A DNA stretch of 50,594 bases from Kiritimatiellia bacterium. Its GTDB lineage: Bacteria; Verrucomicrobiota; Kiritimatiellia; RFP12; UBA1067. Position numbers and translations under genes: made by a program. Each line of letters opens with the position of its first letter. Position 1 is the stretch's first letter. The notes beneath the pieces are model-generated. The model did not search any database, was not told the origin of the DNA, and was given only the letters and a program-made list of their open reading frames with translations. The stretch is taken from the NCBI GenBank assembly GCA_016302985.1, contig JAEDMN010000001.1:1-50594 (forward strand). The letters run 5' to 3'. Positions 34,201 to 43,219 of this stretch are shown piece by piece.

Positions 34201-35149
34201 CACGCCCCACGGCCTGATCATGAAGATCAACCCGGACGAGCACGCGCTCAACGCGAGCATCGTCCGCAACGACATGGACTTCTGGGACTGGTACCACCGC
34301 CGCCTCCTGCACGACCCCGCCTTCCGCCGCGACTTCCCGGCGCAGAAGAGCTTCTCCAAGCTCCGCGCGGCCATCGCCGGCCTCTACGCGCGCGCGGGCT
34401 ACTTCACGATGGCCGACCAGGCCTTCCGCGAAGCCGTCCTCCTCTATCCGGCCTCGCCCGAGGCGACCTTCCGCTATGCGCAGGAGGTCCTCCTGCCGAT
34501 GCAGCGCTGGAACGCGATCCTCGACCTGCTGGACTACACCGACCGCGTCGATCCGAACAACACCCGCACCACCCAGATGCGCGAGTATGTGAAGAAGCTC
34601 CGCGCCGTCACGGACGTCGTCGGCCGCCTTCAGGCCAAGGCCGCGAAGGCCCCGCTCACGGCGAACGAGAACCTGTCGCTGGCGATGAACCTCCAGTCCA
34701 TCGGCCGCAACGCCCAGGCGGTCGAGGCCGTGCAGCGCATCCTCAAGATGCCCGAAACCGCCAGGGACTTCGACCTCAGCTTCCGCTGCGCGGCCATCCT
34801 CTCCGAGTGCGGGCAGCGCGGCGACGCGGCCACCACGCTCAGGAACGTCCTGGGCCTCTGCCCCGCGAACCTCGACCCCCGCGCCCTGCGCGAAATCGCC
34901 GCCATCCTCACCGAGGGCGGACTGCATGCGGAGGCCGAGGGCGTGTTGAACAACATCCTCCGCGCGAATCCGGACGACGTGGTCAGCTGGCTGCAGCTGG
35001 TGGTCGTCAAGGACGCGCTGGGACAGACCCAGGCCGCCCAGAGCGCCATCGTCCGCGCCTACCAGATCGACAAGGACGCGACGGCCGCCCGCCTCCAGTC
35101 CAGCAAGGAGCTCCAGCGGATCGCGGCGCCGCTCTTCAGAAGGCGCTGA
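31229..35149 (+). CDS. Very large DUF2723 (TMEM260-like, GT-C-fold putative glycosyltransferase) membrane protein with C-terminal TPR repeats
   Basis: The N-terminal signature [34 protein letters not shown] matches the DUF2723 hallmark as I remember it. It has more than 15 hydrophobic helices, then a soluble region and TPR-like repeats over the last ~300 aa. A GTG at 31220 is an alternative start. Confidence 0.8.
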   Translation: [1306 protein letters not shown]

Positions 35150-36795
35150 TGCTCCTCGACCGCACACTCCATCCCGACGAGGCAAACCAGGCCTTCACGG
35201 CCGGACGCCTCCTGGAGACGGGACACTACGCCTACAGGCCGACGGACCACCATGGCCCCACGCTCTACTACGCGGCGGTCCCCCTCCAGAAGGCCTTTGG
35301 CCACACGGACACGCAGTCCCTCGACGCGACGCTCCTGCGGTGCACGCCCCTGCTCTTCGGCGTGCTGGCGCTCGTCCTCCTCGGTTCCGCCGTCTACGGA
35401 TTCGTCCGCCGTCTCCGACGCGCGGAGGAGGCTTCCGGCCGCCAACTCCCGGCTTTCGCCGCCGGCGCGGCCGTCCTCCTGCTCGGCACATCCCCCCTCT
35501 TCGTCTTCTACGCCACGGACTTCATCCAGGAGACGCTGCTCGCCGCCTTCACCGCGCTGATGCTCTGGTCCGCGGTCGGCTACGTCCGTGCGCAGAACCC
35601 GGAAGATCCCGCAAGGCCCCCACGTCTCAAGCCGGGCTCCTGGGCGCTCCTCTTCGGCATCGGGGCCGGCCTCTGCTTCGCGACAAAGGAAACCTGCGCG
35701 CTGACCTTCGCCGCGGCCTTGTTCGCGTGCGTCCCCTTCCTCGTCGTCCATGCCCGACGGAACGGCGTCCGCGCGCTCGTCGAGGTCGTCCGCCCCAACG
35801 ACCTCGTCCTCGCGCTCCTCGCTTTCGGCCTCACGTCCGTCATCCTCTTCTCGTCCTTCTGCCAGGACTGGACAGGCGTCTACAACGCCTTCGTCGCGGC
35901 CCCCCTCTCGTACCTCCATCGCGCGGCCGGCGAGGCGGCGGCGGGCGGCGCCGACTGGCATGTCCACCCCTGGGCGCAGTATGTTCGCTGGTTCTTCCTC
36001 GGCGAGACGTCCGCGCACCCCGCGGACGCGGTCGTGGGCCGCGCCTTCGCCCACCTCCACCCGCTCTTCCACTGGGTCGCGATGCTGCTCGCGCTCGGTG
36101 CCGGCACGGTCGGACACCTGCGCCGCGGACAACGCGTTCCTCCGCTTGTCCGGGCCTTCTTCGGCGCATCGCTCTACTTCTCGCTCCTCTTCGGATTCTA
36201 CTCCGCGATCCCCTACAAGACACCCTGGTGCGCCGTCCAGCTCCTCCTCGGATTCGTCCCCGCCGTCGTCCTCGGCTACGCGGCCGCGGCGGAGGAGCTC
36301 CTTGTCGCGCGCGCACGTCGCCGGATGGATGCGAAGATTCCCGTCGCCCCCCTCGTCCTCCTCGGCTGCCTGGGCCTGACGACGCTGATCGGCGTCGCCG
36401 AACACGTCCCCGGACTGCGGCTGATGGCCCGCGATCCCGATTCAAGGTCCATCCCCTACAACTACGCGCATGCCTCGCCGGAGGTGAAGGACCTCGCCGC
36501 CTGCGTCGACGCCGCCATGAAGGCCGCCCCGGACCCGAACAAGGCGTTCATCGCGGTCTCGCTGCCGCCGGAGGACACCTGGCCCTTCCCCTGGTACAAC
36601 CGCCCCTGGGAGCCGCTGACAGGCTACTGGACAAAATTCGACGACCTCGTCGAACTCGAGAAGACGGGCGCGAAGCCGACCGTCGTGGTCGTCCCCATGA
36701 AGGAGGGCCACCTCGTGCAACCCCTCTTCCCCCACCTGAAGCACACGAAGCGCTTCTTCATCCGCCCCGGCGTCCGCGCCCGCGTCTTCTGGTAG
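35149..36795 (+). CDS. TIGR03663-like GT-C-fold membrane protein (PMT/ArnT-like putative glycosyltransferase), N-terminally short
   Basis: It starts MLLDRTLHPDEANQAFTAGRLLETGHY (H-x-DE motif right at the N-terminus), has ~10 TM helices and a C-terminal soluble domain. The ATG overlaps the upstream stop (TGATG, 35147-35151). The first 921 codons of the 1469-aa track ORF are shadow frame. Confidence 0.7.
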   Translation: MLLDRTLHPDEANQAFTAGRLLETGHYAYRPTDHHGPTLYYAAVPLQKAFGHTDTQSLDATLLRCTPLLFGVLALVLLGSAVYGFVRRLRRAEEASGRQLPAFAAGAAVLLLGTSPLFVFYATDFIQETLLAAFTALMLWSAVGYVRAQNPEDPARPPRLKPGSWALLFGIGAGLCFATKETCALTFAAALFACVPFLVVHARRNGVRALVEVVRPNDLVLALLAFGLTSVILFSSFCQDWTGVYNAFVAAPLSYLHRAAGEAAAGGADWHVHPWAQYVRWFFLGETSAHPADAVVGRAFAHLHPLFHWVAMLLALGAGTVGHLRRGQRVPPLVRAFFGASLYFSLLFGFYSAIPYKTPWCAVQLLLGFVPAVVLGYAAAAEELLVARARRRMDAKIPVAPLVLLGCLGLTTLIGVAEHVPGLRLMARDPDSRSIPYNYAHASPEVKDLAACVDAAMKAAPDPNKAFIAVSLPPEDTWPFPWYNRPWEPLTGYWTKFDDLVELEKTGAKPTVVVVPMKEGHLVQPLFPHLKHTKRFFIRPGVRARVFW

Positions 36796-36808
36796 AAGGT
36801 TGAAAGTA

Positions 36809-36840
36809 GAAGGTTGAAGGCCTTCTGGCCCTCAACCTTC
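36809..36840. terminator. Hairpin between convergent operons (GAAGGTTGAAGGCC-TTCT-GGCCCTCAACCTTC)
   Basis: 14-bp stem with one mismatch and a 4-nt loop. It is embedded in repeated GAAGGTTGA / TCAACCTTC motifs. There is no clear T-tract. Confidence 0.55.
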
Positions 36841-36850
36841 AGCATTCAAC

Positions 36851-38041
36851 CTAAATCAGGTGCCCCATCTTCTCGCGCTTGGTGTCGAGATAGCGCTTGT
36901 CGAACTCGTTGGGGTCGATCACGATCGGCACGCGTTCGACGATCTCGATGCCGTAGCCCGCGAGCCCCTTGATCTTGCACGGGTTGTTCGTCATGAGACG
37001 GACCTCGTGGATGCCCAGGTCGGCCAGGATCTGCGCGCCCTCGCCGTACTCCCGCAGGTCCGGCGCGAAGCCGAGCTTCACGTTCGCCTCGACCGTGTCG
37101 AGCCCCTTCTCCTGCAGGTGGTAGGCATGCAGCTTGTTCGCGAGGCCGATGCCACGGCCCTCCTGGCGCATGTAGAGCACCGCGCCGCGGCCCTCCTTCT
37201 CGATCATGCGCAGGGCCTGGTGCAGCTGGTCGCCGCAGTCGCAGCGCGCGCTGCCCAGCACATCGCCCGTGAAGCACTCGGAATGGACGCGCACGAGCGC
37301 GGGGCCACCCTGCGCGAGGTCTCCCTTGAAGATCGCGAGATGCTCGAAGCCGGTCAGGCGCGAACGGTACATCCGCAGGCGGAAGTGGCCGTAGTCGGAC
37401 GGCAGGTCGACGTCCTCGACGAGGTCGACGAGCTGCTCGCGGCCACGGCGGTACTCGATCAGCGAGGCGATCGTCATGAACTTCAGCTTGTGCGCGGCGA
37501 CGAACTGCTCGAGGTCGGCCATGCGGGCCATCGTGCCGTCGTCCTTCATGATCTCGCAGCAGAGGCCTGCCTCCTTCAGACCGGCGAGTCGGCAGAGGTC
37601 CACCGTGGCCTCCGTGTGGCCGGCGCGCTTCAGCACGCCGCCCGCGCGGGCCTGCAGCGGGAACATGTGCCCGGGCCGGCGGAAGTCCGCCGCGGACGCT
37701 CCGTCGCGGACCGTCGCGAGCGCCGTCATCGAGCGCTCGGCCGCGGAGATGCCCGTCGTCGTGTCCACGCCGTCGATCGAGACCGTGAAGGCCGTCTGGT
37801 GGTTGTCCGTGTTGTTGGCGACCATCTGCGGCAGGTCGAGCTTCGCGCACCACGCGGCGCTCATGGGCATGCAGATGAGGCCCTTCGCATAGGTGGCCAT
37901 GAAATTGACGTTGGCCGTCGTCGCGAACTCCGCCGCGCAGATGCAGTCGCCCTCGTTCTCGCGGTCCTCGTCGTCCGTGACCACGATGATCTCCCCGCGG
38001 CGCAGCGCGGCCAGACAGTCCTCAACCGAATCGAATGCCAT
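36851..38041 (-). CDS. ribBA: Bifunctional 3,4-dihydroxy-2-butanone-4-phosphate synthase / GTP cyclohydrolase II
   Basis: DHBP synthase motifs ([25 protein letters not shown]) and GTP cyclohydrolase II motifs ([28 protein letters not shown]). ATG at 38041 (MAFDS); the track ORF starts at a TTG at 38053. Confidence 0.9.
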   Translation of the reverse strand: MAFDSVEDCLAALRRGEIIVVTDDEDRENEGDCICAAEFATTANVNFMATYAKGLICMPMSAAWCAKLDLPQMVANNTDNHQTAFTVSIDGVDTTTGISAAERSMTALATVRDGASAADFRRPGHMFPLQARAGGVLKRAGHTEATVDLCRLAGLKEAGLCCEIMKDDGTMARMADLEQFVAAHKLKFMTIASLIEYRRGREQLVDLVEDVDLPSDYGHFRLRMYRSRLTGFEHLAIFKGDLAQGGPALVRVHSECFTGDVLGSARCDCGDQLHQALRMIEKEGRGAVLYMRQEGRGIGLANKLHAYHLQEKGLDTVEANVKLGFAPDLREYGEGAQILADLGIHEVRLMTNNPCKIKGLAGYGIEIVERVPIVIDPNEFDKRYLDTKREKMGHLI

Positions 38042-38073
38042 AGTGGATTGCAACCTAACCTTTCAGAAACGGA

Positions 38074-38928
38074 CTAGCGGCGGCGCGACGCGGCCTTCAG
38101 CTCCTTCAGCAGCGCGGCCTCGCCGGCTCTCGCCTCGGGATCCGCGTTGAGCTCCTTGAACTTGTCCGCGTATTTCGCGGCCTCGGAGGGCCACGTCTTG
38201 CAGAACCAGCGGATGTCGCGCAGCGCGGCGCCCTTGTCCTTCGCCTCGATGTCGGCGGCGATCTCGTCCGCGAGGTTCTTCTTCGCCTTCTCGATCGAAT
38301 CGAGAACGGCCTGCGCCTCCTCGGCCTCTTCCGCCTTCCGGCTCTTCAGCGCGGCCTTGAACGGGGCGAGCGCGGAGCCTTCGGCCTTGACGCCCATCAC
38401 GAGCTTCTTCTGGAAGGCCTTGAACTTCTTCAGGTCGACGCCGTTGATGAGCTGGCCGGGAACCGGCAGGTTGGTGATCGCCTCGACCATCGCGACGACG
38501 GCGTCATTCCTGTCCGAACCCTCGTAGACGACCGTCGAGGTCGTGTCGACCACATAGATGTGCGGGAAGCTGCCGCCGCCCTTCGCGCCGCTGAACCCGG
38601 CGTTGCGATAGACGGCGCACTTGACGCCGTACCCCTCGGCGGCCGTCTTCACGGCGTCCGCCCCGCCGTCGCCGTGGTGGCTCGCGAGCATGCCGACGGG
38701 ATGGCCGGCCGCGCGCTGGCCGATGACGTTCTTCTGGATGAAGGCAAGCACCTCGCCGCAGTCGGGGCAGCCCGTCGTCCACTCGACGACCGTGACGACC
38801 CGCCGGCGCAGGTCGTTCGGCTGCAGCTTGCGGCCCATGCACCAGTTGGCCTCGTCAAGGCCCTTCCACTCGCCGGCGACGAGCGCCAGGGCGGAACAGG
38901 CGAACAGGATGGACAGCACCCACCTCAT
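38074..38928 (-). CDS. Secreted thioredoxin-fold protein with CxxC (CPDC) motif and a Lys/Ala/Glu-rich helical C-terminal half
   Basis: Signal peptide MRWVLSILFACSALALVAG. VVTVVEWTTGCPDCGE resembles a thioredoxin-like active site. The upstream 628 codons of the 912-aa track ORF are shadow. The start lies 2 nt after the VWA gene stop. Confidence 0.65.
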   Translation of the reverse strand: MRWVLSILFACSALALVAGEWKGLDEANWCMGRKLQPNDLRRRVVTVVEWTTGCPDCGEVLAFIQKNVIGQRAAGHPVGMLASHHGDGGADAVKTAAEGYGVKCAVYRNAGFSGAKGGGSFPHIYVVDTTSTVVYEGSDRNDAVVAMVEAITNLPVPGQLINGVDLKKFKAFQKKLVMGVKAEGSALAPFKAALKSRKAEEAEEAQAVLDSIEKAKKNLADEIAADIEAKDKGAALRDIRWFCKTWPSEAAKYADKFKELNADPEARAGEAALLKELKAASRRR

Positions 38929-38930
38929 AA

Positions 38931-40931
38931 TCACTTGATTTCCTTTTCGTAGGGGACGGGAATGCCGTAGGCCCGCGCGAACGCGCGAATGTCCTCGAGC
39001 TGTTTCGCGGACGGGTTCGCCGTCTGCGCGGCGATCATGGCGTAGAGGCGGCGCTGGGCCCATTCCGTCTTCACGGACGCGTCCAGCTTCCGGGCCGCGT
39101 CGAACGGGATGCGGAAGACGTTCTCGTAGGCGGTCGCTCCGTTCAAGCCGCGCATCGAGAACACGAGCTCCTTCTGGTCCGCCGGGCAGAGCCCGTAGAC
39201 GACGACCGGCTCGTCCTCGCAGAGATGGTTCACGAGCTGAGGATAGACCTCGGCGCGGGACGACGCCGAGAACAGGATGGCGACGTCGGTGAGCACGGGG
39301 CGCTCGAACTTCTTCGCCATCTCGGGGATGCCGTCCGCCGCGTTCCAGCGCAGCTTCGCGTTCTTCCCCCACGTGCCGCGGCTGCCGCGCGTGAGCATGT
39401 CCATGAGGTAGTCGTTCGCCGTGTCCTTCACGCCGTACATGAAGACGGAGACGAGTCCGCCGTTGAGCTCGGCGAACTTGGAGATGATCTCGGCGTTGCG
39501 CGTCAAGCCGGCCGTCGGCTCGCCGTCGGTGATGACGAACGCGACGACGGGACGGGCGGGGTCGCGCGGCATCGCCAGCACGCCCCGCAGCGAACGGAAG
39601 AGATCCGTCTGGCCATGTGCCGTCAGGTCGCCCAACCAGTCCTCGGCCAGCTCGAGGTTCTTCTCCGTGACGTCCACCCAGGCCGCCTTCGGGAAGGCAA
39701 AGCTGAACTTGTCGCGGAACGCGATCACGTTGAAGCGGTCGCCCGTATTCAGCATCCGCAGGGCCTTCACAACGGCGCGGCGGCACTTCTTCAGGCGGTC
39801 GTTGGCAATCGATCCCGACGCGTCCATGAGGAAGACGAGGTCCTTTGACACGAGGGGGAGCGGCTGGTCGTTCCGGCTGTGCACCTCCACGCGGAAGTAC
39901 TTGAAGGCCGGGTGGGCGGGATCGGTCCAGGAGCCGATGCCGAGGCTCACATGCCGCTCGAACGGCCTCCCCTGGGGCGTCATCTCGTCGCGGAGCACGC
40001 GCACGGCCTCCTTTTCGCGCGCGACGACCTTCTCGTCGACCTGCGTCGTCTCGGGGGCCGGCGGCATCGGACGCTCGGCCTGCGCGCGCTGCTCCTCGAG
40101 CTGGCGCTCGGCCTTCTTGCTGCGGTCGGCCTCGCGGGCCGCGTCGGCGGAGTTCTTCGCGGCGGCCTCCTCGACTGCGGAAAGGACGCTGAGCGACGGC
40201 GGCTGCCCCGCGAGACCGCCCTCCACGAGGCCACCCGCCAGACCGGGGACTGGCGGCGGCGCGGCGGCCAGCGGCGCGTCCGAACCACCCGCGCCGCCCG
40301 ATACCCCGCCCTCGGCCGGGACGCGTCCCGAGAAGACTCCGTTCCCGATCGCGCCGGGCGCGCCCTCCGGGGACTTCAGCAGCTCGAAGGACGGGGTGAT
40401 GTCCGCCGCATGGGCCACGCGCTCGACCTTCGGGATGACGATGCGGGGCAGCGCGGCCTCCTCGTCGGGGACGACGGGGACCTCCACCGCGGCGATCTCC
40501 TGGCGCGGCTGCCATTCCGCGGCCTCGACCTTCGCGGGGTCCGGGGCGACGTCCCCGATCGGGGCCGTCGAGGCCGCGGCCGGCATCTCCGGGACGAGCG
40601 CGCTCTTCGACGAGGCCGCGAGCCTGTCCACCCGCTGCTCCTGCTTCTCGGCATCCGGGGCGGCCGCGGGACGCGGCGCGACCTGAAGCTCGCGCGCCAG
40701 GGGGTCGACGGACATCTTCTGCACCTGCATCGTCGGCAGGTCCTTCGTCCATTTGCGGCCGTGGTCGGCCTTGACGTCGCCAGGGCCGGGAACGAACGAA
40801 TACTCCGAGCACAGGTACATGAGCCCGACGTGCACTGCGAAGGAGACGATCAGCACGGCGACGACCAGCATGAGACCGCGCTCGCGCGAATCGCCCCCGT
40901 CGGATTTCTCGATGTCGAATTCGCTTGCCAT
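38931..40931 (-). CDS. Bitopic membrane protein: TonB-like N-terminus (TM plus Pro/Ala-rich linker) fused to a VWA domain with ITIH-like C-terminal extension
   Basis: TM LMLVVAVLIVSFAVHVGLMYL. A ~250-aa Pro/Ala/Glu-rich spacer. VWA MIDAS motif DLVFLMDASGSI...ITDGEPT, and a conserved-looking tail. Confidence 0.75.
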   Translation of the reverse strand: MASEFDIEKSDGGDSRERGLMLVVAVLIVSFAVHVGLMYLCSEYSFVPGPGDVKADHGRKWTKDLPTMQVQKMSVDPLARELQVAPRPAAAPDAEKQEQRVDRLAASSKSALVPEMPAAASTAPIGDVAPDPAKVEAAEWQPRQEIAAVEVPVVPDEEAALPRIVIPKVERVAHAADITPSFELLKSPEGAPGAIGNGVFSGRVPAEGGVSGGAGGSDAPLAAAPPPVPGLAGGLVEGGLAGQPPSLSVLSAVEEAAAKNSADAAREADRSKKAERQLEEQRAQAERPMPPAPETTQVDEKVVAREKEAVRVLRDEMTPQGRPFERHVSLGIGSWTDPAHPAFKYFRVEVHSRNDQPLPLVSKDLVFLMDASGSIANDRLKKCRRAVVKALRMLNTGDRFNVIAFRDKFSFAFPKAAWVDVTEKNLELAEDWLGDLTAHGQTDLFRSLRGVLAMPRDPARPVVAFVITDGEPTAGLTRNAEIISKFAELNGGLVSVFMYGVKDTANDYLMDMLTRGSRGTWGKNAKLRWNAADGIPEMAKKFERPVLTDVAILFSASSRAEVYPQLVNHLCEDEPVVVYGLCPADQKELVFSMRGLNGATAYENVFRIPFDAARKLDASVKTEWAQRRLYAMIAAQTANPSAKQLEDIRAFARAYGIPVPYEKEIK

Positions 40932-40942
40932 GGTGCTCTCCG

Positions 40943-43213
40943 TTAGTCTGCGCTCCGGGGATAGCGTTTCCGGCGCTCCGCGTCCAGCGCGTCAGCCTCC
41001 TTCGCGCGCCCCTGCTTCCGCAGGATGGCGGCCGCGCGGATGAGCGCGTGCGGCACGACCTCGGCGTCGTCGAAGAGCGTGCCCACGAGCATGTGGTAGC
41101 CGAGGGCCGCGGCGTTGTCCCCGCGCTCCTCCTCGTTCGCCGCGAGCGCGGCGTAGGCCTGCACGCGCAGGGGCAGCAGCTCGGGCGCGTGCGCGCGCTC
41201 GACCGCGTCGGCCAGGTGCGCCTTCGCCTCGTCGAAGAGCCCGCGCGCCGATTCGATCCGGCCGAGGGCGAGCGCGGCCTGCGCCCCGAACGACGTGTGC
41301 GCGTCGGCGGCCAGCGCCCGTCCGTAGGCCGCGGCGGCCGCGTCCGTCTCGCCGAGCCCCTCGTGCGCGGCGCCCGCGAGCGTGGCCGCCGTCTGATTCC
41401 AGTCCGGCGCGACGTTGCGCTCCTCGATCACCTTCGCCGCGGCGAGCGACGCCGTATAGTTGGTGACGGCGGCCATGTTCTCCGCGACCCACTGGAGCGT
41501 GGCGGGCGGCAGGCGGTCCACGGCCTTCGTCCCGAGCAGGCCGATGAACAGGTCGCTCGCCTCGCGGACGGCGTCCTTCCGCTTCATGAGCACGGACGCG
41601 AGCTCCAGCCGGGCCTCGCGGTCGAACTCCGCCGTCAGGCCCGCGGCCAGGGCCGCGCGGAAATGCTTTTCGGCCTCCGGCAGGTCGCCGCAGCCGTTCG
41701 CCGCGACGCCCCACCAGTAGAGCGCCTCGGCCTTCCGGGCCGTGCCGGGGAAGCGCCGCATCAGCTCGTCGAGCGAACGGTTCGCCGCGCGGAAGTCCTG
41801 CTTGCGCAGTTCGACGGTCGCGCGGGCGTAGAGGGCCTCGCCCGCGTAGGGGGAGTCGGGATGGCGCACGAGCAGCTCGGTCCAGTCGGCGCGCGCCTGG
41901 TCGGGACGCCCGGCGCTCACCTCCGCCGCGCCGGCGAAATAGAGCGCCTGCGCCGCGACCGGGGCGTCCGGCCACTGCTGCGCGAGCTTGCGGTAGGTCT
42001 GGGCCGCGCTCGGCCAGTCCGCGGTCCGCTCGTAGAGCCACGCCAGCCGGTGCAGCGCGTTCTGCGCGAGCTTCACGTCGTCGCGCGCCGCGACGAGCCG
42101 CGCGAACTCGATGGCGCGCGGAAAGTTGGTCGCGGCGATGGCCGCCTCGCAGCCGTAGTTCCAGGCGCGGGCCGCAGTGCGCGGGGGCGGGTCCGGCCGC
42201 TTCGCGAGCTCCTCCAGCACGCGGGCGTGGGCGCCCGTCGCGGCCAGCAGGGAGAGCCGCTCGAACCACTCCGAGTCGGCATGGCGTCCGTTCGGATACG
42301 CGGCCAGCGCGCGGTCGTAGGCCTGGAGGGCGTCGACGCGGCGCTCCAGGCCGCGGAGCGCGGCCGCGACGAGGTACGCGGCGTCCTCGTTGCCCGCGTC
42401 GCGCAGCGGCGCGGCGAGGCCCAGAGCCTCCGTGTAGCGGCCGGAAAGCTGGTTCGCCCACGCGGCGAAGAGCGTGCTTTCGCGCGTGCGCGCGCCGTTC
42501 GGGAAGCGGGCGGCCAGGCGGCGGAAGAGCTGCGCGGCCTCGGCGTAGCGACCTTCCCGGTAGCTGAGCATGCCGGAGAAGTAGAGGGCCTCCTCCGCGA
42601 GCTGCGGATCCGGGCTGGCCGCCAGGTCGAGATAGGTGGCCTGCGCGCGGCGCCGGTCCTTCGAATCGTCCGAGGCGGCCAGGATCGCCGCCGAACGCAG
42701 GCGCGACAGCCGGGCGACCTCGTTGGACGGCGAGACGGACGCGGACTTGTCGTACCACGACACGGCGGCCTTCAGGTCCTTGTTCTGCGCGGCCGCCTCG
42801 CCCAGGTAGTAGAGCGCCGTCGCGCGGATGAGCTCCGGCGCGCCGACGTGGTCCAGCAGCTTCAGCTCCTCAAGACGTGCAGTCCCGTCCTTCAGCAGCG
42901 CCCGGTTCAGACGCGCGTAGTCGACGTAGCGGGACTGCGGATGATTGGCGACCAGGGCGGCGTAGCACGCAAGCGCGTCCGCCGACCGGCCGACGTTGCG
43001 GTAGGACTCGCCCAGGCGGAACAGCACCTCGTCGCGGGGCACGGACTTCTCGTTGCGGATGGCCTCGTATTCCCTGAGCGCCTCGGCATGGAGCCCCCGC
43101 TTCGCGAGCTGGTTGGCCAGCGCGAGACGGTCCGCGGGCAGCGCGGAGGCAAGCTGGGCCGCCGCCGGCAGCACGGCCACGGCGGCGAGGAGGACAAGAA
43201 GTCTTTTGAACAT
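40943..43213 (-). CDS. Secreted tetratricopeptide repeat protein (about 15 or more TPR units)
   Basis: Signal peptide MFKRLLVLLAAVAVLPAAAQ, then regular ~34-aa A/L/Y-patterned repeats (AEALYWWG, GEALYARA, EEALYFSG, and so on) throughout its 756 aa. Confidence 0.8.
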   Translation of the reverse strand: MFKRLLVLLAAVAVLPAAAQLASALPADRLALANQLAKRGLHAEALREYEAIRNEKSVPRDEVLFRLGESYRNVGRSADALACYAALVANHPQSRYVDYARLNRALLKDGTARLEELKLLDHVGAPELIRATALYYLGEAAAQNKDLKAAVSWYDKSASVSPSNEVARLSRLRSAAILAASDDSKDRRRAQATYLDLAASPDPQLAEEALYFSGMLSYREGRYAEAAQLFRRLAARFPNGARTRESTLFAAWANQLSGRYTEALGLAAPLRDAGNEDAAYLVAAALRGLERRVDALQAYDRALAAYPNGRHADSEWFERLSLLAATGAHARVLEELAKRPDPPPRTAARAWNYGCEAAIAATNFPRAIEFARLVAARDDVKLAQNALHRLAWLYERTADWPSAAQTYRKLAQQWPDAPVAAQALYFAGAAEVSAGRPDQARADWTELLVRHPDSPYAGEALYARATVELRKQDFRAANRSLDELMRRFPGTARKAEALYWWGVAANGCGDLPEAEKHFRAALAAGLTAEFDREARLELASVLMKRKDAVREASDLFIGLLGTKAVDRLPPATLQWVAENMAAVTNYTASLAAAKVIEERNVAPDWNQTAATLAGAAHEGLGETDAAAAAYGRALAADAHTSFGAQAALALGRIESARGLFDEAKAHLADAVERAHAPELLPLRVQAYAALAANEEERGDNAAALGYHMLVGTLFDDAEVVPHALIRAAAILRKQGRAKEADALDAERRKRYPRSAD

Positions 43214-43219
43214 GCGCCT

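Noticed and set aside
32386-35148. Upstream 921 codons of the 1469-aa ORF 32386..36795.
   Set aside because: This part is out of frame within the DUF2723 gene and has an Arg/Pro-rich composition. Only the part from the ATG at 35149 looks like a real (GT-C-like) protein.
31148-35185. 1345-aa ORF on the minus strand, antisense to the DUF2723 gene.
   Set aside because: The product is Arg/Gly/Asp/Glu/Ala low-complexity with no motifs. The plus-strand frame gives clean TM helices, a known N-terminal hallmark and TPRs. Long antisense ORFs are expected in stop-codon-poor high-GC DNA.
38042-38073. Looked for an FMN (RFN) riboswitch upstream of ribBA, and likewise upstream of nusB-ribD (18216..18246).
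   Set aside because: The leaders are only about 30 nt and lack the conserved RFN core. This is by-eye inspection only and a covariance-model scan would be decisive.
38929-40812. N-terminal 628 codons of the 912-aa ORF 38074..40812, and similar long N-terminal extensions of the track ORFs 15141..16559, 15986..17449, 43329..45161, 44486..46282, 45313..47301, 46317..47861 and 11412..13055.
   Set aside because: The extensions overlap the upstream genes in another frame and are Arg/Gly/Pro-rich. The real proteins begin at internal starts that give signal peptides or conserved N-termini, and these starts are often 4-nt-coupled to the upstream stop.
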